Origin: the human T2T-CHM13v2.0 reference genome, Homo sapiens
DNA length: 64,000 nt
Strand: one strand, 5' to 3'
NCBI RefSeq assembly: GCF_009914755.1
Contig: NC_060931.1
Position 1 is the first letter of the stretch, and each line of letters opens with the position of its first letter. Positions 55,645 through 64,000 of this stretch are shown here, piece after piece. The notes below the pieces were generated by a model. That model saw only the letters and a list, made by a program, of their open reading frames with translations, was not told the DNA's origin and searched no databases. Made by a program: the position numbers and the translations under genes.

Positions 55645-56030
55645 AATAACAGGCTAAGTTGCGCAGGGTGTGGAGAGTGGTAGTGCATGGATAGATTCTG
55701 CTCCAGGCAGTTATGCAGTCTTAAAGCTGGGAGATCTTTTGCCTCCTTCAGCACTTGGATTCCAAGGGCATCCAGGACATTGGGCTTGCAGCTGCTAGAT
55801 GGAGGGAGGAAGTGTGGAGAAAGCAGTCTCAAGTCCTAAAAGTCTCAGGCTGGAAGTGACACATATTACTTTCACTCATTCTCTATTGGTATGAACTTGT
55901 CATATGGTCCTACAGAGACAAAAAGGTGGGAGAAATGTAGTCCCTGGCTAGGGAGTCTTATTTAAAAGAAAATTTCCCAATGGAATGGGAAGACAGAACT
56001 TTGGTGGACAGCTAGCAACCTTGGTCACAG
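55645..56030 (-). mobile_element. MLT1-type MaLR LTR
   Basis: ggaagtgacacatattactttcactcattctctattgg...gagaaatgtagtcc. Confidence 0.65.
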
Positions 56031-56894
56031 GTACAAATGGACAATTTAAAAATGAGTAATATCCAGTACCTATTAGAACATCAAATTTTCTGTACTCAGC
56101 AATGTCTTCAAGTAATCCACCACAGAGATGACGGAGATGAGGATAAGCTAAATTTAGAATCTAACAAATAAATAAAACATACCAGTATTAAGAATTATTT
56201 CTAGACTAAATTTTAGGACTGAAGTGGCTTGCACAAGAAATTTACTGATGAAAAGAACAACAACTAGAAGTCATCTGGGCATTGTTGTTGATGTTGTGTT
56301 ACTAACGAAACCACAAACCTGATCTGCGGCAATGCTGTAGTTGAACCCTAAAGCAACTTTTGGGCTCTAAACCTGCACCAGTAACAGCAAGCAATAAAAG
56401 CTGTTTAGCCTCAAGCACACCCCTGCAGATGTGCCAGAAAGTGTTTTAGACAAGATAGTTAATCCTAGAGAATACTACCAGAAACAGTGAGATGAGCTAA
56501 CCAAGAAACGTAGCTTTATGCAAAAGAAGGATATCTTTGTATTTCTTGCCTGATAGAATGAGATAGGGTGAATGGGTCAGTGATTGTTCTGTATTTCTCA
56601 CTCTCATTTTGCAGATGGGAGTTTTTATCGTAGTTACCCAGCAGACATGACCAATGAATATTATATATTTGGGCAGCAACGGGAATAGGGTAGAGAAAAT
56701 AACTGGCATAATTCTGTATTATAGGTAGTCAAATGAGGAAACATCCTACCTGATGGAGAGAACTGCGTGTGACCCAGAGATCCTGGATTTTATTCATTTG
56801 TTGAGACTTTGAATCATCTATGGGGAGGAGCTGAATATGTTCTACACGTGGAAAAAAATGGTATGCACAGATACTTGAAATGCCAGAAGAATGG

Positions 56895-57330
56895 CCTGTA
56901 ACAGGGCTTCAATATGCATTTCCTCCTCCTTCCTTCTAGTAAGAGTCCTCAAGACTGCCCTGCCAGAAACTATACTTTTCAGTTTCTCCTGTCATGATGT
57001 AGCCATGTGATCAAATTCTAGTAGATAGGATGTGAGCAAAAGTGATATATGCATGACTCTTCAATCACTCTTGTTGCCTTCTACTAATTTTCCTGTCTTC
57101 TTTTGGCCTCAAAAGTTTTACGGTGGTATTGAGCCCATTTTAATCAGACAGATGAGGACAACAACCTAAGGAATGGCAGATAGCTGAAACCTCAGTTGCT
57201 GGACAACATCATGGACCAGGGTTACCCTAAGCACTGATTTACCTATTCGGTAGGAATTTTTCCTCCGAGTATTTTTTAAATGTTTCCTTTGTTATATATT
57301 ATTAAGTAATTGAATCAGTACCTTGATACA
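56895..57330 (+). mobile_element. MLT1-type MaLR LTR
   Basis: gccatgtgatcaaattctag...ggatgtgagcaaaagtgat. Confidence 0.55.
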
Positions 57331-57424
57331 GGTCAGGACTTTTCTCAATCATGCCAACATGGGTCAAGCATTAAAGCTTTGAGAATGCAAAGGAGGCAAA
57401 ACCTTCATGTGGTGTCTTGAATAA

Positions 57425-57585
57425 CTGATGGAGTACAATTGGAATGTTCATAATACAAAGAGATGATGAACACTTGAGGTGATGAATACCCCACTCACCC
57501 TTATGTGATTATTAGACATTATATGCTTGTATCAAAATTATATACCTGCTATGTGCCCATAAAAATTAAAAATAAAAGTAAAAAA
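57425..57585 (+). mobile_element. L1MA 3' end fragment
   Basis: ttgaggtgatgaatacccc...gtgcccataaaaattaaaaataaa. Confidence 0.75.
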
Positions 57586-57919
57586 CTTTTTAAAAGTCTG
57601 CTTCACTGTATTGCTCTCATTCCCATGTATTTTTAGGAGAGTATTATTTTGTCCCCAGGAAACTGCTTATTGCTATATAAGACTTCTAGTGAGTCCCAAA
57701 TACATGGTCCCAAGTAATCAGTTACTTTTGAAAAATAACAATCATTCCCAGATGAAATTTTCAAATGCTGAATGTCTAAAGCTTTATGGCTTAGAACCAT
57801 CAAGGTGATTCACAAGCAGAAGACAAGACAGGAAAGCAAGCATTCCAGGTGAGTAAATATTAATATGAAGAGTCCATTCTGTTGTCATTTTGAAATTGTC
57901 TTCCCTGGTTGGACCTAGC

Positions 57920-58115
57920 CTAGTGTAGAAATTAAAATCATGAATTTGGGAACCAGCCTACCTGGATTTTTCACTGGGTGCATGAATTTGGATAAATTAA
58001 CTTTTTTTTCAGTAAAATGGGACTAATAATGCCACTTACTAGGATTACAGCTAAGACTTAATGAATTTTACACATAAACACTTAGAACCATAGTTGGCAC
58101 AAAATAAGCACTCCA
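57920..58115 (+). mobile_element. MIR
   Basis: gtaaaatgggactaataat...cacttagaaccatagttggcacaaaataagcactc. Confidence 0.65.
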
Positions 58116-58804
58116 TTTACAGATACCTGAAACAGTACCACTGAGTCACTGGAACTATAGATTATAGATATTTAAAAATAGATTTTTATAAGATATGCTT
58201 AGATGTTAACCACTTAACATGTTCCTGTGACTGGGGCTTGAACATGATACTATTTTCCCATCCCATTCCACCTCCCTGATGCAGGCTGGTGTTACACAGT
58301 CAATAAAACTTTCTAGGAATCTAAAAACTGACTTCATGATATTATCCTCAGAAACCTCATGGAGAATACTGACATAGATGAGAGGACAGGATGGGCAAGA
58401 TGTGCAGACAGGGACCTAGAAAACAGTAACTCTATGTTCCTTAACATTCTCCAACTGCTTGTTCTCCTTGTTTCATTTTTATTTAGAAACTGATCCTCTA
58501 AAATTCTACTCTAAAACTCTCTTTCAGTTCTAGTACTTATGATCTTGACTTGTTTATCCAGCTTAAAAAAATACCTATTATACACTATATGCACAGAACT
58601 GTGTTAGGTGATACGAGGCATACAAATATGTAATTAACTATTTCTCACTGCATAGATTGAAATGGTTTTTAAAATGGCATATGCAAAATAAATTCTGGAA
58701 GAAGGTAAAATTCACTATCTATTGTAATATACATAAAAACAAAATTATCTGCGAGAACAAAATAAAGAAAGATTGCTTTGGGGGCAAGTCTTCATATGTT
58801 GGTA

Positions 58805-59130
<326 letters not shown>

Positions 59131-59439
59131 TGAATGATAAGATGCACACAACCAGAGATGGGCTCTAGGAACTAGGCACATAGAGACACGAACACAAAAA
59201 GGCAGATTTGTAGAATTGAAAATAAAACAAAAAAATTAAAAGTGGAGAAAATATAATACAGGGGTAAACAATGAAGTTTGAACTGTACATTAAGAGATAA
59301 AACTGGAAACGTAGATTGAGTTAGAATCTTTGGATGGTCTGAATGTCATGGTAAGAGAGCCAGATGCCATTAACTAGACAATGCCAGCTTGTATAATTCA
59401 CCAGACAGCTGATAATCTAACTCTACCCCACATCACTTT

Positions 59440-59741
59440 TATTACTTTTTTATTTTTTGAGATGGAGTCTCAGTCTGTTGCCTAGGCTTGAGTGCAGTGG
59501 TACGATCTAGGCTCACTGCAACCTTTTCTTCCCAGGTTGAAAGCAATTCTCCTGCCTCAGCCTCCTGAGGAGCTGGGATTACAGGTGCCCGCCATTACGC
59601 CTGGCTAATTTTTGTATTTTTAGTAGAGATGAGGTTGCACTATGTTGGCCAGGCTGGTCTTGAACTTCTGACCTCAGATGATCCTCCCTCCTTGGCCTCC
59701 TAAACTGCTGGGATTACAGGCATGAGCCACTGTGCCTGGCC
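59440..59741 (-). mobile_element. AluS (Sx-like)
   Basis: Full antisense Alu; TSD ccacatcacttt / ccacatcatttt. Confidence 0.93.
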
Positions 59742-60086
59742 CTCCACATCATTTTGAAATAATTTTACTAGCACTTTGTTTGCATTATATTTTAATGTGT
59801 TTACAAGTTTTCCTTTTCATCCACCTGTGAACTCCTCTAGAGAAAAATCTTCTCTTACTGGTATTAGAATCCTCAGGATATCTCAGTTTCTTCAGAAACA
59901 GAAGTTCTGCCTTGTTCTTATCAGTCTTTCCTCCTTCGTCCAGACTTAATTACACTGATCTAATCAAATAATTTTGAATTTTAATTTTGTTTCTGGGCAG
60001 TGAGTCTCGGTATTTAGGATATTCAGATCATATCACTATATTGGTTGGAGAGTGACTTTGATATTTCCACTGTAATATTTCCAGAA

Positions 60087-60338
60087 TTTTTTTTTAATTA
60101 AGTTCTGGGGTACTTGTGCACAATGTGCAGGTTTGTTACATAGGTACACATGTGCCACGTTGGTCTGCTACACCCATCAACCCGTCATCTACATTAGGTA
60201 TTTTTCCTCATGCTATCCCTCCCCTAGTCCTCCATCCCCTGACAGACCCCAGTGTGTGATGTTCCCCTCCCTGTGTCCATGTGTCCTCATTGTTCAACTC
60301 CCACTTATGAGTGAGAACATGTGGTGTTTGGTTTTCTC
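60087..60338 (-). mobile_element. 5'-truncated L1PA 3' end
   Basis: L1 3'UTR on the minus strand; TSD tatttccagaa at 60076-60086 and 60339-60349. Confidence 0.92.
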
Positions 60339-62407
60339 TATTTCCAGAAGTTTTCTCAAACTTCTTATAAACAATAGGCAGAAACCCATACACAGATACA
60401 TGGTATTACAGCTGAGGATAAATCACCATAATTAAAAAAAAAAAAACCCTTATTACAAAGTGGATTACTGGTAATACTGAAGATGCCAGATAACACACTT
60501 AAAGCATTTTTATTTAAAGGGGTATCTGTCTGTCAGCAGGAGTAGCAGTCAACAGGGAAAAGTCGGGTAGTTAAATGAAATACTCAATAAAGTAAATGGT
60601 ACACAAACATTTAATCCTTTAGATGTCCCATAATGCAGTCATTAAGTGACTTGGAAATAAGCGTGAGCACAGTAAGTTCTATGAGGCAAGTGTTGGGGAG
60701 GATTTACTGGGAAATGATGTTAGATATGTGCTACACAGACAAAAACGTGAAGTCTGACAGAGAAACATGTTTCTTATTTTTGTAAGCAAATAAATTCAAT
60801 TAGATGACAATAATGACATTGCTAAAAACATAAAACAAACTATGATTCTACAGGAACAAGTTTCCTAGTTCTGTAAGTGAAAATCTTAGATGATGGTGAT
60901 AGTGATAGATTTCTTTAAAAGTTTATATTTAGCATATCTGAGAAAGTGCTTGAAACATCTGAGTTTTTGACAAAAAAATCTTTTTAATTTTTCATAATCA
61001 AGTATACTGAACATAAATGAATTACACAGCAAAGATGTTCTATGCATCTAAAAATGAATGGCATAAGTACAGAAATTTGGTAACACAGAAAGAAAAAAGA
61101 AACAGATTGAGAGATATATCTTAGAAGTTGAAAACAGCTAAATTTTTTTAGCAATACTTATTTACATATTTTGCATATAATGTTATCCCCATTCAAATTA
61201 CAAATGGCTCTCATTTTCATATTACCATCCTGTTTACCTACTCTAACCTGTGAGCAATAAAATCAATCATTTAGTCAGTTTAGGTATGACTGCATCCTTG
61301 GTTGACCATAAGGTGAACAATTATTACGACCATTATCTGTGAAAAATAAGACAGATTCAGGTAAGAGATAAGGTTATACAAAATACAATAAAAATGCTAC
61401 AGAATTGCCTTCATAATCAGGATGAAATCAGAATTTTAAAACAGTATGTCATCCTTTTGTGTATGTGTAAAATGCATCCCCACACAACACAATTGATGGA
61501 TAGTATACAGCAAAGAAAACCACGTAATATGAAACCAGTGCTTGAGCGTAAACAGAGCTATTTGTACCCTCTTGTCAACACCTCAAACTTTACTGTTCTA
61601 AGTTAAACTCATCACTTTACTCCCAAAATAAAAACTTTTGATTTTTAATTTTGGTAAACAGCTTTGGTATTCTCATCCACTCAACTTAAAAAATGATACT
61701 CAACTGACACTCTACATCAGTCATTAAATTCATGTTTTTAAAAAATAAAGTCTGATATCATCATTTCTATTTAAGAATTAATTCCTATTTGATCCCTTTT
61801 TCAGATCTTTAAAATTCCACATCTGACCATTAAAATAGCATATCTTCTGGTCAAGCTTCCCCAAGTCTTTCTCCTTCTAATCATAATATTAAGTGCTTTA
61901 ATCATTGCATTACAGTGCCCAAAATGTTTGTGGTACTTTGCCTACACATTAAATCCCAAACCATTCTGACATTCAAGGCGACATATTCTACCATTAATAA
62001 ACCTTTTGATTCAATATTACTTTTTCTATAACAAACTATTGGATTAACTGACCTCACTAGTCTCCAGCAGTGGTTATTCATCTCCTTATATTTTTATTTT
62101 ATGCCATTCTTCCCTCCAGAAACATTTTGCCTTCTCTTCTTCATTGACTTGGTTTTCAATCCAAAGTTCATAAACCTCTTATATGACTCTAATCCATAAT
62201 TACCTCTTCTTTTTCAAAATTTCTATAGCAAATCTATTGCTATTCTATTTAAGTGACTTGGCATTTAGTCATTTAATAATTTGTATTGCAATCTAAATTT
62301 AAGATGTATTTAATTTAGATGTATAAGTTGACTACCTAATTAAATTTAAATTTTCTAAAAGGCAGAAACAACTTGTTATTTTAAAACACAAATGTCCATA
62401 TAGTAAC

Positions 62408-62853
62408 CATAGCAGAGATGCTTTTTGTTCCCCAATATCTGTTTTCCTTTTCTTACTTAGTACAGCCCCCTGCCATTTAGCTGGATATATGGCCATTTTG
62501 AAGGTAACTATGACCAAGAGACCACTAAATTCTGGCCAGAAACAAATGAAAGAAAATGCTTTATGTGATTTCCGGGAAGTTCCCTTAAAAAGGGGGCAAA
62601 GAAGAATACCATTCTTTGCTCCTAATAAAGAGCACAAGTAACAACAATAGACTCTAAGGCAGAGCCCATGCTCAGAGAATGACAGAGTAGTGAGATCTGG
62701 GTGCAGACCCCTTATTTGTGTAGTTTCCCTACCTGCCCCAGTCTACGTTAACTCTGATTGACATGAGTAAAAACCAAACTTCCATAGTGTTAAAAATCAC
62801 TATTATTTTGGATTTGCTTCAACTGGTAGCTAGTAAGAGTCCTAACTAATACA
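62408..62853 (+). mobile_element. MLT1-type MaLR LTR
   Basis: taaattctggcca...ggaagttcccttaaaa... ending cctaactaataca. Confidence 0.6.
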
Positions 62854-64000
62854 CTGGACTTTAATAATTATTAGCATAAAATGTAATAAACACTTCAATT
62901 TAAAGTTTATATAATGATCAACAACTATATACATTTATAGTTGAACTATGTGTCCATAAACAAATGTTAAAGTAAAAAAAAAAAAAAAAAATCAGGCATT
63001 TTTAGAGAAAACCAAAAGCAGTACTTCTATAAATACTATAAATGTTGAGGCTCCACTGGTATCCCATTTTCTTCTAGTTGGCTAAAAATAGATCGAACGC
63101 TTCATTTATGACTAAACTTTAAAAAGTATTCTTTGGACTACCTTATCATCTGCTATTTGATGCTTAAAATATTCCTAAATTATTGTTCAAAAAGTGGTAC
63201 ACAATTTAAGAGCTATTGGCTACCTGTATGGAAAAAAAAAGTCATTCCATATACTTTGTAAGAGATTCTTTTGCATTTTATTCCAGCAAAATCCTAGCAG
63301 AAATAGCAACAAGAAGATGTCTCTCAGAGGTCTACTTTACATTAACTTAATACACATTAGGTTCCTTTATTGTAATCTCATAGTTTTGAAATTAACAAAC
63401 GAGGCAGGGCAGAGAAAGAACAAATAATAAGACATTAAGTAAACGTCATACGGAGATGAAGTAGATTTTTAGTTTTCTCCCTTTTTTAATAAATACAACT
63501 AATTGTCTAAAAAAAAGAGTAAGTGCTGGCTACATTGGCATTTCAATGAACCACTGATTCCTAATAACAATCCCAATTACTGCAACAATTGGTACAATTT
63601 CAGGAGATATTAACAGGTGAAATGAACAGTTTGTACCTATGGTTTTTATGATGCATAAGAATTCACAAAGTTGATAGCTATTGAAAGCAGTTTTTAATAG
63701 ATTTAATTTATATAAATAAGTTAAGAGCTTCTAAAGGAAAGAACTTGCAAGATAAACTGATTTTCCAATGAGCACATATTCAAGGAAGACATCATTAAAT
63801 ATGAGTTCCTAATCATATCTATGTCATGAGCTAGCTGTATGACTAGGGCTAGTCATTCTACTTATCTTGCAAAACAAAGACTGTGGATGTAGCAAATGCT
63901 ACAGCAGGCTATAAGCAGATAAAACTAGTGCTTGCTTTAGAAATCATTTTGTTCAATCATCCCAAGTTACTGATGAAGAAACAGGTACAGAAATATAATA

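Noticed and set aside
55747-55765. REST/NRSE-like ttcagcacttggattc
   Set aside because: Wrong spacing and no GGACAG half-site.

Overview
AT-rich, repeat-dense primate genomic DNA (AluY and L1PA present; very likely human) from inside CACNA2D1, the voltage-gated Ca2+ channel alpha2/delta-1 subunit, transcribed on the minus strand. Five canonical GT-AG coding exons splice in frame: 51668-51737, 49516-49566, 45638-45737, 23269-23427 and 17988-18092 (exons 8-12 by recalled numbering). They encode ~A220-K381, including the gabapentinoid-binding RRR motif and all five MIDAS residues of the VWA domain. The rest is intron, filled with Alu, L1, L2, MIR, Tigger1, hAT, MaLR and ERV remnants. Most notable: (1) an LTR-derived, in-frame alternative terminal exon in intron 10 (DSKEISPSPEEIFNAE*, with AATAAA) that would give an anchor-less ~309-aa protein; (2) an L1 carrying a 3' transduction inside intact TSDs; (3) inverted Alu/L1 pairs bracketing exons 8-10, suggesting circRNA or editing; (4) a near-consensus CTCF site; (5) several unexplained perfect repeats. 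I see no evidence of a wholly new biological system. Repeat subfamily calls and old-repeat boundaries are by eye and approximate.
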